Shown here piece after piece: positions 52,330 through 61,388 of a DNA stretch of 64,000 nucleotides. Source of the DNA: Nitrospirota bacterium (GTDB lineage Bacteria > Nitrospirota > Thermodesulfovibrionia > Thermodesulfovibrionales > Dissulfurispiraceae); assembly GCA_963790025.1 (NCBI GenBank), contig CAWBMP010000004.1:1504001-1568000 (forward strand), in the 5' to 3' direction. Position numbers and translations under genes: made by a program. Under the pieces are notes generated by a model. That model ran no database searches and was not told the DNA's origin. It was given only the letters and a program-made list of their open reading frames with translations. Within the stretch, counting starts at the first letter, position 1. Every line of letters starts with the position of its first letter.

Positions 52330-53739
52330 ATGACAAATAAGCAAACCCGCTTGGCATCGTTGCCGTCTGTTGACGAAATCCTGAAGTCTGAAAAGGGCGT
52401 GGAGTGGCAACAATCTTTTCCGCGGCGTTACGTCATCAGATCCATACGCGATGTGATCGAACGATACAGGCAGGCAATTTTCAGGGATGAGATCAGGGAG
52501 TTTTCGCTCGAAGAAATGGTTACCAATATACAAATGTTGATACAAAGATCTTCGCAATTCAGCCTTAAAACCGTGATTAATGCAACCGGCATCGTGATTC
52601 ATACTAATCTTGGACGATCGGTTCTTTCAGAAGAAATACTCAAAAATGTGAAAAACGTGGCCTGCGGTTATTCCAATCTGGAATATGAACTCGAACAAGG
52701 CAAGAGGGGCAAACGCTTCTCGCACGTGCAAAGATTGCTCAATGATATCACCGGCGCTGAGAGCAGCATTATTGTCAATAACAATGCTGCAGCGGTATTT
52801 GTTTGCTTATCGGCACTCGCTAAAGGAAAAGAGGTCCTTGTCTCCAGGGGCGAATTGGTTGAGATCGGCGGCTCTTTCAGAATACCTGACGTGATGACCT
52901 GTAGCGGTGCGCTATTAACTGAGGTAGGCACGACGAATAAAACACATCTCCGCGACTATGAGCAGTCCATAAATGAAAATACGGCATTACTGCTGAAGGT
53001 GCACCAATCAAATTTCCGTATGGTAGGCTTTAGTGAATCCGTCTCAATAGAGGAGTTGGTTACCCTCGGGGAAAAGCATAACATCCCAGTTATGTTCGAT
53101 TTGGGCAGTGGCTGCCTTGTAGACCTGAAGCCATATGGCATTCAAATTGAGCCGACCGTTCAGGATGTTGTAAGGGCGGGGACGGATATAGTGACATTCA
53201 GTGGTGACAAGCTGCTCGGCGGGCCGCAGGGCGGGGTGGTTGTTGGCAAAGCTAAACTCATTGAAATTATTGCTAAAAATCCACTTATGAGGGCTGTCAG
53301 GATAGATAAATTGACCCTTTCTGCATTTGAGTCTGTACTTATGTGTTACCTTGATGAGGATAATGCCAGGATTCAGATTCCGACATTAAATATGCTATTG
53401 CAGGATACCAGGCAAATAAAGGCGCGGGCCAAAAGGATAGCTATACAAATAAGAAAAGAAATTGATACTTCCAATGATGACATTGCAAGGTTAGCTGTAG
53501 TCAAAGACGCCTCTCAAGCCGGCGGAGGTGCGTTGCCCGAGATCAAATTTGAGACCTGGTCGATCACAATTAAACCGGTGAAGCTGTCTGTGAACAAATT
53601 GGAAGAGCGGTTGAGACACGGCGACCCTCCTGTAATAACAAGGATAAAGGAAGATGCCCTGATAATTGACGCAAGGACCGTGAGAGATAAAGAAATTAAG
53701 CTTTTGGCAAAAGCGCTCAAAGCCGCGTTGAACTATTGA
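52330..53739 (+). CDS. selA: L-seryl-tRNA(Sec) selenium transferase
   Basis: VINATG..IHTNLGR, VNNNAAA, SRGELVEIGGSFRIPD, FSGDKLLGGPQ. Confidence 0.97.
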   Translation: MTNKQTRLASLPSVDEILKSEKGVEWQQSFPRRYVIRSIRDVIERYRQAIFRDEIREFSLEEMVTNIQMLIQRSSQFSLKTVINATGIVIHTNLGRSVLSEEILKNVKNVACGYSNLEYELEQGKRGKRFSHVQRLLNDITGAESSIIVNNNAAAVFVCLSALAKGKEVLVSRGELVEIGGSFRIPDVMTCSGALLTEVGTTNKTHLRDYEQSINENTALLLKVHQSNFRMVGFSESVSIEELVTLGEKHNIPVMFDLGSGCLVDLKPYGIQIEPTVQDVVRAGTDIVTFSGDKLLGGPQGGVVVGKAKLIEIIAKNPLMRAVRIDKLTLSAFESVLMCYLDEDNARIQIPTLNMLLQDTRQIKARAKRIAIQIRKEIDTSNDDIARLAVVKDASQAGGGALPEIKFETWSITIKPVKLSVNKLEERLRHGDPPVITRIKEDALIIDARTVRDKEIKLLAKALKAALNY

Positions 53740-53784
53740 GCCCGTTTCTGCGATATCAGGCGGTACATATGGAATAATATATTC

Positions 53785-54489
53785 ATGAAGTGGCCCAAGA
53801 ACATAGCAGCCGCACGGGCAATGCAGGAGGATCTGAAGGGTAAGAACAAGATCACTCCTTTAAAAGAAATGCCTCATTTCATAGCGGGGGTCGATGCAGC
53901 ATTCCAGGGCAATAAAGTCGTGGCTGCGGCGTGCCTTTTTGAGTATCCACGTTTGGAACCCGTCGAAGATTCCTGTCATATCGCGGATACTCCATTCCCT
54001 TATTTTCCTGGGTTTCTCACATTCAGAGAAGGCCCTGCGATAGTAAAGGCTTTGAAAAAACTCAACAATAAACCTGATCTGCTGCTCATGGACGGACAAG
54101 GTATTGCTCATCCAAGGGCAATGGGAATCGCTGCCCATCTCGGAATAGTGCTTGATATCCCTTCTGTCGGCTGTGCCAAATCGAGGCTCATCGGTGACTA
54201 TGTTGAGCCGGGTTACAAAAAAGGAGATTGGTCTTACCTCCGGTATAATGACAGTATAGTCGGAGTTGTGCTGCGGACCAGGTCCGGGATCAAACCTCTC
54301 TTCGTTTCTCCGGGTCACAAAATAGACCTGGCCGGTTCAATCATGCTGGTTCTGGATTGCACCGAAAATTACAGAATTCCTGAACCGCTGAGAAGGGCTG
54401 ATATGTTGTCGAAGAAACTGAAAAAAGAGGTGCAGTTGCATCATCTTAAAATAATCAACTTTAATAAATTAGCCAATTGTACTATATGA
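53785..54489 (+). CDS. nfi: Endonuclease V (deoxyinosine 3' endonuclease)
   Basis: [44 protein letters not shown]. Confidence 0.95.
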   Translation: MKWPKNIAAARAMQEDLKGKNKITPLKEMPHFIAGVDAAFQGNKVVAAACLFEYPRLEPVEDSCHIADTPFPYFPGFLTFREGPAIVKALKKLNNKPDLLLMDGQGIAHPRAMGIAAHLGIVLDIPSVGCAKSRLIGDYVEPGYKKGDWSYLRYNDSIVGVVLRTRSGIKPLFVSPGHKIDLAGSIMLVLDCTENYRIPEPLRRADMLSKKLKKEVQLHHLKIINFNKLANCTI

Positions 54490-55523
54490 ATATCCGCAGA
54501 CAGACAGAAGAGATAGAAAAGAGCGTCTTTCACCCAAAGGCGTGCCTGAGCTCCGGCAGTAAAGGCAGGGTGAAACGCGAAAAAGAGGACGATATCAGGA
54601 CCTGTTTTCAGAGAGACAGGGACAGGATCATCCACTGCAAGGCTTTCAGAAGATTGAAACATAAGACTCAGGTCTTTATGGCCCCCAAAGGCGACCATTA
54701 CAGGACCAGACTTACACATGTTCTTGAAGTATCACAAATTGCACGCACAATTGCGCGCGCGTTGCGCCTGAATGAGGACCTTGTCGAAGCTATAGCTTTG
54801 GGCCATGACCTGGGGCACACCCCTTTTGGCCATGCCGGAGAAGCCCTACTAAATGAGATTTTTCCGGGCGGATTTGACCATTGCAAGCAGAGTCTAAGGG
54901 TTGTTGATTTTCTGGAGCGCGAGGGCAGGGGACTCAATCTGACTCGTGAAGTCCGAGACGGCATTGTAAAGCATTCCAAAGGCAAAGGACTAATCGTACC
55001 TGAAACTTCCAGGGACTTGCCGTCAACATTCGAAGGAGTTGTTGTCAGGATAGCGGATATAATCGCTTACGTTAATCATGATCTTGATGATTCCATCAGG
55101 GCTGGGGTCATTAAGAGGTCCGAAGTCCCAGCCAAAATAGTTAAAACCCTTGGTGACAGATATGCCAAACGCATAGACACCATGGTACGCGATGCGGTGA
55201 ACGCTACTATTGCAGCAGGCTACAAAGAAATGACAATGAGCGAGACTGTGGCAGAGGCCGTATACAGTCTCCGGGATTTTCTGTTTAAGCATGTTTACGA
55301 GAGCGATGGCATTATGCGGGAATTTAATAAGGCAAAAGGCATTTTAAGGGCGCTATATCAATTTTATATTGGACACATGGACGATGTTTTCCAGGGCAGC
55401 CTTCCTGAGAAGAAGCTTGAGAGACACAGGATGGTTTGTGATTTTATCGCAGGAATGACAGACAGCTTCGCACTGATGACCTACGAGAGATTATTTCTCC
55501 CCCAGCAGTGGACAGTTCTCTAA
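54486..55523 (+). CDS. dgt: Deoxyguanosinetriphosphate triphosphohydrolase-like HD protein (short form)
   Basis: [53 protein letters not shown]. Confidence 0.92.
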   Translation: MNIRRQTEEIEKSVFHPKACLSSGSKGRVKREKEDDIRTCFQRDRDRIIHCKAFRRLKHKTQVFMAPKGDHYRTRLTHVLEVSQIARTIARALRLNEDLVEAIALGHDLGHTPFGHAGEALLNEIFPGGFDHCKQSLRVVDFLEREGRGLNLTREVRDGIVKHSKGKGLIVPETSRDLPSTFEGVVVRIADIIAYVNHDLDDSIRAGVIKRSEVPAKIVKTLGDRYAKRIDTMVRDAVNATIAAGYKEMTMSETVAEAVYSLRDFLFKHVYESDGIMREFNKAKGILRALYQFYIGHMDDVFQGSLPEKKLERHRMVCDFIAGMTDSFALMTYERLFLPQQWTVL

Positions 55524-55525
55524 TT

Positions 55526-55541
55526 TGTTCCACGTGGAACT
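55526..55541. promoter_or_regulatory. parS centromere-like site 1
   Basis: TGTTCCACGTGGAACT, 15/16 to TGTTCCACGTGGAACA. Confidence 0.85.
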
Positions 55542-55574
55542 ACTTCTGTTTGTCATTATGACAATTTGGCCTAT

Positions 55575-55590
55575 TGTTCCACGTGGAACG
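55575..55590. promoter_or_regulatory. parS centromere-like site 2
   Basis: TGTTCCACGTGGAACG, 15/16 to consensus. Confidence 0.85.
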
Positions 55591-55722
55591 TTAAGGCATA
55601 GACTCTCCACCTACGCTGGGTAGTGGGCCACTACCCTCCTACCCTCCGCTACGCTGTCTTATTGATTAAGCGCTCCTTGTGGTAACATAAAAGGTATCGT
55701 ACAAATGATAATGTGAGGATAT

Positions 55723-57864
55723 ATGGATTTACTTGCTTTTGATAAAAAAATCTTTTTCCTGATAAACCATGGCTTTACAAACACTTTGCTTGATAGCTCA
55801 ATGCTCTTTTTAACCGAACACGGCTATGTATTACTGCTCCCGTTTATTATATATCTCTTCTGGACATCCTCTAAGGAACATCATAAGCGCAGTGGTTTTG
55901 ACATTTCCGCTGTTCTCGGGATAGTCGTGGTCGCGGTTTGTGCCGTTCTTTTGAGTGATTGGCTCGGAAACGAGCTTAAAAATGCTATCATGCGGGTCCG
56001 GCCCTGCAGTGCGCTTAAAGATGTCAGGCTCCTTGTCGGGTGCACTCAATCAGGTTCTTTTCCTTCGAATCACGCGGTAAATTCCTTTGCCTATGCAATT
56101 CCCCTTTTCTATCTGACCCGCAATCATATGCCCTCTTCTGTCCGCCTCTATCCATTGGTACTAGCGGGCCTCGTTGCCTTGTCAAGAGTCTATATAGGGG
56201 TGCATTACCCTTCTGATATTATAGCCGGCGCCTTTCTTGGCATAATAGTGTCACTTTTGATCATTACATTTTATGCATCCGCATTGCAGCGATATAAGAC
56301 GAGTCCGGAGACAACTCTCCTTTTCACCGGACTCGCAGCAATAAGCGTCTTCAGAATCTATTATATTCTGCACGGCCCGCTCGACCTCAGCCCCGATGAG
56401 GCCCAATACTGGGAGTGGTCAAGAAGACTTGATCTGAGCTACTACTCTAAAGGTCCTATGATTGCCTATCTCATTTATATTGGCACTTCTCTCTTCGGGA
56501 ACACCGTATTCGGCATACGCATAATGGCCGTTATATTTTCGGCTTTGAGCAGTATCTTTATATTCAAGCTTGTCAACCTTATGTATGCTAATGGTTCTTC
56601 TGAAGCAAACACCGGGACCCTAACCTTACCTCAAAGGTCCGCCGCCTTGCTGTCGGCTTTTGGATTTCAGGCCATTCCCCTATTTGCAGCGTTCGGCATA
56701 CTTTTTACAATAGATTCACCATTTATCTTTTTCTGGGTAGCTTCCCTCTATTTACTATATAAAGCAACCTCGGAAAAAACAGAAAAACACTGGACATCAT
56801 GGATATTGTTAGGCCTCGCTATCGGCTTCGGACTACTGACAAAGTACACAATGGCTTTTTTCCCTTTATGCGGACTATTACTGCTTTTCTTTTCCGATAA
56901 AAGATCATCGCTGACAACACCGATGCCTTATGCTGCATTTATCATAAGCCTTCTTGTATTCAGTCCAGTGATCCTCTGGAATGCCCAGCATGATTGGGTG
57001 ACGATCAGGCACACTGCCGGACAAATTCATGTTGCTGAAGGGCTTACCCTTTCAATGAAAAATTTCTTTGAATTTTTTGGCTCTCAAATCGGCCTTATTA
57101 CACCATTGTTTTTTTGTCTCATAATATACTCCCTTTTCAAGTTATTTCTTTCAGATAGCCGGTTTCAGTCAAAGTTCTTGTTCTATTTTTCCATTCCGGT
57201 AATAGGTTTCTTTTTGTTGAAGGCATTGCAGGGTAAAGTGGAGGCAAACTGGGCAATGATGGGGTATATTACAGGGATTATTGCAGCTGTTGACTTCTCT
57301 GTTAGTTACTGTAATTTCCGTTCAAGGGCAAGAACAGCATTCCTTGCAAGCAGTTTAGTTCTTGCGTTCTTAATTACAGCGATAAGTCACTATCCGTCGA
57401 TAGTAGGACTGCCTCAAAAACTCGATCCCTCGGCACGACTCAAGGGCTGGAAAGAGCTTGGCGCAGAGGTGAGCAGGCTGATCGACAAAGGAGATAAAAA
57501 CACTTTTTTCATTGTATTTTCAGATAGTTATCAAATGCCAAGCGAGCTGGCCTTTTATGTCAGGGGCCATCCGGAAACATTTTCGATCAACCTCGGCAGG
57601 CGAATGAATCAGTACGACCTCTGGCCTGATATAAACGACAGGGCAGCAAAGCTAAGACAGGAAAAAGGACCTGTTATAGTGAATGGAATCTTTGTTGTGT
57701 CGGGCAATAGAGAAATGCCTCAAGTCGTGGCCCGCGCATTTGATAGTTTCGAAAAGAATGTATTCAAGGTATCTGGAGAGAATGGACGTCTTACTAAAGA
57801 ATATTCTATTTTTATTTGTTATAATTTCAGGAATCTGAAAATGGGACAACCAGAAACTTTTTAG
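55723..57864 (+). CDS. PAP2 phosphatase fused to an ArnT/PMT-like (GT-C) glycosyltransferase
   Basis: K....RVRP, SFPSNHA, SRVYIGVHYPSD, then DEAQYWEWS...YYSK.P, G.G.LTKYT, P...WN. Confidence 0.85.
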   Translation: MDLLAFDKKIFFLINHGFTNTLLDSSMLFLTEHGYVLLLPFIIYLFWTSSKEHHKRSGFDISAVLGIVVVAVCAVLLSDWLGNELKNAIMRVRPCSALKDVRLLVGCTQSGSFPSNHAVNSFAYAIPLFYLTRNHMPSSVRLYPLVLAGLVALSRVYIGVHYPSDIIAGAFLGIIVSLLIITFYASALQRYKTSPETTLLFTGLAAISVFRIYYILHGPLDLSPDEAQYWEWSRRLDLSYYSKGPMIAYLIYIGTSLFGNTVFGIRIMAVIFSALSSIFIFKLVNLMYANGSSEANTGTLTLPQRSAALLSAFGFQAIPLFAAFGILFTIDSPFIFFWVASLYLLYKATSEKTEKHWTSWILLGLAIGFGLLTKYTMAFFPLCGLLLLFFSDKRSSLTTPMPYAAFIISLLVFSPVILWNAQHDWVTIRHTAGQIHVAEGLTLSMKNFFEFFGSQIGLITPLFFCLIIYSLFKLFLSDSRFQSKFLFYFSIPVIGFFLLKALQGKVEANWAMMGYITGIIAAVDFSVSYCNFRSRARTAFLASSLVLAFLITAISHYPSIVGLPQKLDPSARLKGWKELGAEVSRLIDKGDKNTFFIVFSDSYQMPSELAFYVRGHPETFSINLGRRMNQYDLWPDINDRAAKLRQEKGPVIVNGIFVVSGNREMPQVVARAFDSFEKNVFKVSGENGRLTKEYSIFICYNFRNLKMGQPETF

Positions 57865-57873
57865 GAGTTAATA

Positions 57874-58821
57874 ATGACTGTATCAATTGTAGTGCCGCTG
57901 TACAATGAGGAAGAAAATGTCGAAGTATTGCACGAAAGGATCATGGAAGTCCTCACTACCAACACCATTGATTATGAAATAATATATGTGGATGACGGCA
58001 GCAATGACAGCACACTCGAATTACTCGACAAGCTGCAGGCCCAGCATAAAAATATTGTCGTCCTCAGTTTGAGGAGAAACTTCGGGCAGACCGCGGCATT
58101 TGCTGCCGGGTTTGATTTTGCCAGGGGAGATATTGTAATTACTATGGACGGTGACCTTCAGAATGATCCCAAGGATATCCCAAGACTCCTTGAGGAAATA
58201 AAGGATTGTGACCTCGTCAGTGGATGGCGCAAAAAACGCAAAGACCCTTTCATAACCAGACGTCTTCCATCAATTATTGCCAATTGGCTTATCAGCAAAG
58301 TTACCGGTGTCAGACTTCATGATTACGGTTGCTCGCTGAAGGCTTATCGCAGAGATGTTGTAAAAAACCTCAGACTCTACGGTGAAATGCACCGGTTCAT
58401 TCCTGCTGTTGCGAGTTGGTATGGAGTGAGGATATCGGAAATTGAAACGACCCATCACCCCCGGCTGAGGGGAAAGTCAAAATACGGCATTTCGAGGACT
58501 ATAAGAGTGCTGCTTGATCTGATCACAGTAAAGTTCCTGCAGAGCTTCTCGACAAAGCCTATGCAATTTTTTGGTCCTATGGGTCTTATATTTTGCCTTA
58601 TCGGCTTTTCTACATCGCTTTATCTGACTGTCGACAAACTCTTCCGTGGAGCGAATATAGGAGGCAGACCTCTGCTGCTGTTTGGGGTGCTATTGATCAT
58701 TGTGGGGGTCCAGTTTATCGGTATGGGGCTCCTTGGCGAGATGCTTGTGCGGGTATATCACGAAAGCCAGAAAAAACCTATTTATGCAATTAAAAAGATT
58801 CTCGGTTCGAGCAGAAAATAA
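57874..58821 (+). CDS. Polyprenyl-phosphate glycosyltransferase GT2 (ArnC/GtrB-like)
   Basis: VPLYNEE, DDGSND, RNFGQTAA, DGDLQNDP, GEMHRFIP, two C-terminal TMs. Confidence 0.9.
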   Translation: MTVSIVVPLYNEEENVEVLHERIMEVLTTNTIDYEIIYVDDGSNDSTLELLDKLQAQHKNIVVLSLRRNFGQTAAFAAGFDFARGDIVITMDGDLQNDPKDIPRLLEEIKDCDLVSGWRKKRKDPFITRRLPSIIANWLISKVTGVRLHDYGCSLKAYRRDVVKNLRLYGEMHRFIPAVASWYGVRISEIETTHHPRLRGKSKYGISRTIRVLLDLITVKFLQSFSTKPMQFFGPMGLIFCLIGFSTSLYLTVDKLFRGANIGGRPLLLFGVLLIIVGVQFIGMGLLGEMLVRVYHESQKKPIYAIKKILGSSRK

Positions 58822-58827
58822 GATAAA

Positions 58828-59781
58828 TTGATCAAGAAAGCCTCTATCCTCATTTTAAAACTTGGCATAAGCGCCACCCTGTTGTATTTTCTTGTTTCAA
58901 AGGTCGGCGGCAGAAATATTATATATAACATAGCTCTGGTCAGTCCCATTACCTTTCTGGCAGCGGCAGTTTTGTATATAATCTCCGCCTACCTGTCCAC
59001 ACTGCGCTGGAAACTGCTTATCCCTTATCAGAACAAGACCTCAAGACTTTTCAGTATTTACATGATCGGCTCTTTCTTCAATACGTATATGCCGGGGACT
59101 GTCGGCGGGGATGTAGTAAAAGCATACTATCTGAATAAGGAAGTGCATGCACCCGGCATATCAAAAACACGAGATCATAAAGAAGTAACGAGTTCACTGA
59201 CTGTAGCAATAGCCTCGGTTTTTATGGACCGTTATGTAGGCCTAAGCGCTCTTCTTACTCTTGGTATGTTCGCTTTCCCTTTTGGCATCGGGTATCTTGA
59301 GAGGGCCTCTATCCACTGGCCGGTGATCTGGATAGTACCGGCAGCCACAGGCGTTTTCATTGTAACCAGTTTTTTAATTTTCAGATTCAGGATCGGCGAG
59401 CGGGTGAAATTCCTATTAAAGACTTACGAGTATTTTGAGTTTTACAGATTCAAATGGAATCTCCTTGCCCGTGGTTTTATATATTCCATTATGGTACAAC
59501 TTCTGGTGGTCTTGTCGGTATTCATTCTTTCAAGGGGACTCTCTCTGCACATACCCTTCCTATCGCTCCTTATATTTATGCCAATAATTATACTTGTATC
59601 AACGTTGCCGCTATCAATCTCGGGAATCGGCCTGCGTGAAGGGGCCTTTATCTTCCTTCTCGGCTCAACAGGCATTCCTGCCGAGAAATGCCTCACTCTT
59701 TCACTCGTCTGGTTCCTGTCGGTATTAGTAGCAGGTATCTGGGGCTTCTTTGAGTATTTACGATTAAGGGCCAGCGAATAA
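58828..59781 (+). CDS. Lysylphosphatidylglycerol-synthase-TM (UPF0104) flippase-like membrane protein
   Basis: RW..L, FFN...P..VGGD..K, DR..G, P.S..G.G.RE. Confidence 0.85.
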   Translation: MIKKASILILKLGISATLLYFLVSKVGGRNIIYNIALVSPITFLAAAVLYIISAYLSTLRWKLLIPYQNKTSRLFSIYMIGSFFNTYMPGTVGGDVVKAYYLNKEVHAPGISKTRDHKEVTSSLTVAIASVFMDRYVGLSALLTLGMFAFPFGIGYLERASIHWPVIWIVPAATGVFIVTSFLIFRFRIGERVKFLLKTYEYFEFYRFKWNLLARGFIYSIMVQLLVVLSVFILSRGLSLHIPFLSLLIFMPIIILVSTLPLSISGIGLREGAFIFLLGSTGIPAEKCLTLSLVWFLSVLVAGIWGFFEYLRLRASE

Positions 59782-59785
59782 AGAA

Positions 59786-61366
59786 CTAGCCTTTAAGGCT
59801 ATGTTTGGCAGAGAAGAAAAACAAGAGCCGTTTCAGATCTCTTAAATTATCCGGAAACCGTTGCTTTTCATAATATTCCTGAAGACCGAGCCGCAGCGCA
59901 CGGTCGGTAAGATTGAGATTGTATTTTTCTATTATATTATCCGCAATTGTCTCGATATCCTCGCGCCTTTCCCGCAAAGGCGGAATTTGAATGCTCACGG
60001 GCATCAGGGCCTTTAATAACTTTGCGGAAAACCTTCCTTCTTTCGCTTCAGCAATAATATTTTTCTGAGAAGTAATGATAAATTTGATATTAAATGATGC
60101 CGTATGCATCTCTCCCATCTTATAAAATGCGTCTTTGCTTATTATTTCGGCAAGGGCATCCTGTTGCAACATGGGAATGATATCAATGTCCTTGAGCAAG
60201 AGGGTACCTCCGTCGGCAAGTTCCAGCGCCCCTTTGTGTTTTTCGAATCCTAAAAAACAGCCTTTTGCACCGCAAAGTTCAATATCGAATGTATCACCCT
60301 CAAGAGAACTACAGTGAATTGAGAGGAAAGGCCCGTTTTTCCTCGGGTTATCAGGCCTGTGGTAGAGGGCAAAAGCAAGCAGCCTCTTGCCTACACTGCT
60401 TTCACCATATATATAAATATTCTTATCCTCTGCGGTAGCCTTATAAATTTCGTCAAGTGATTTATTCAAGGCCTTCGATTTCGTTGAAAAAGTGAGGTCA
60501 GGCGCAAGATAACTCTCTGCCTTGGATATGAATTGTTCCGACAGGCCTTCTACCTTGAACTCCGTGCACGCAAATTCAAATAGATCCAGAACTTCAGACA
60601 ATAAATCTTCAACTTCATTGTCAGGAATTTTGAAATACATCTTGGCAAACTCCCTGAACTTTTCCTGGGCTTCAACTACCGACGGGAAGAGAACCGCCCT
60701 GGCTGCGGCTTCTGCAGTGTCGACCAGTCTTAATAACTGGAATGTTTGATGGGCTATTGAGAGTTTAGAGGGGATTTGAGAAACCCTTTTTTGCTGTCCG
60801 TCCTTAGTAAATATATTAAGCATGAAATCAATAAGGTCCCGATAGATTCCGGGCGAAGACAAGTTCTTATCAAGCTGTTCAATATGGTTCGTCTTATACA
60901 ATCCCTGCTCTATGAATATCCTTTGCTCGATAGGGACTTTCATCATAAGGTCAATTATTATCTTGTATCGGGGATGTATCTTCAGCATTAGAAGCATACC
61001 GATTGATGGCAGCATGCCTGCAAAAAAGGCCTCATCTTCATCAGCGATTTGCACACGCTTATTAATCAGTGCGGCTGTTTCTCCCGCTATAACCGCATAG
61101 CACCAAAACAACAGATAGTCGCTGTTGAGATAATTATCCTGTTCGAGTATAAACTTCCCGGCGCCTTGAGCACCGATCAGAGTTATGGCCTGAGAAATCG
61201 ATGTTATATCATTCCTTCTGCCGGAGACATTAATATGCTTAAGCAATGAAAAGTACAGCCCGGGATCATATTTAAGCAGTTGAGAAATTTTCTGGAGCGG
61301 CACTTCATTATTTTGTACAAGGACGTTCAGCGAAGATACCGTATGTTCGAAAACAGGCATATTCAT
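59786..61366 (-). CDS. HDOD domain fused to a degenerate sigma54-activator AAA+ domain
   Basis: DPGL...LL..IN, I.SI.QAI..IG, AF.AGML..IG; GESSVGKR, GALELADGGTL, IPPLRERREDI, N.R.L; start at 61366 preferred because 61396 overlaps mnmG. Confidence 0.78.
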   Translation of the reverse strand: MNMPVFEHTVSSLNVLVQNNEVPLQKISQLLKYDPGLYFSLLKHINVSGRRNDITSISQAITLIGAQGAGKFILEQDNYLNSDYLLFWCYAVIAGETAALINKRVQIADEDEAFFAGMLPSIGMLLMLKIHPRYKIIIDLMMKVPIEQRIFIEQGLYKTNHIEQLDKNLSSPGIYRDLIDFMLNIFTKDGQQKRVSQIPSKLSIAHQTFQLLRLVDTAEAAARAVLFPSVVEAQEKFREFAKMYFKIPDNEVEDLLSEVLDLFEFACTEFKVEGLSEQFISKAESYLAPDLTFSTKSKALNKSLDEIYKATAEDKNIYIYGESSVGKRLLAFALYHRPDNPRKNGPFLSIHCSSLEGDTFDIELCGAKGCFLGFEKHKGALELADGGTLLLKDIDIIPMLQQDALAEIISKDAFYKMGEMHTASFNIKFIITSQKNIIAEAKEGRFSAKLLKALMPVSIQIPPLRERREDIETIADNIIEKYNLNLTDRALRLGLQEYYEKQRFPDNLRDLKRLLFFFSAKHSLKG

Positions 61367-61388
61367 AAATGTTATAATAAATGGATTA

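Noticed and set aside
52140..52330. Folate/ZTP/SAM riboswitch upstream of the cooC-folD cluster
   Set aside because: Short AT-rich divergent promoter region without a recognisable aptamer consensus
54486..55523. dGTPase as an anti-phage gene
   Set aside because: Short housekeeping-type protein coupled to selA-nfi in core context, far from the island
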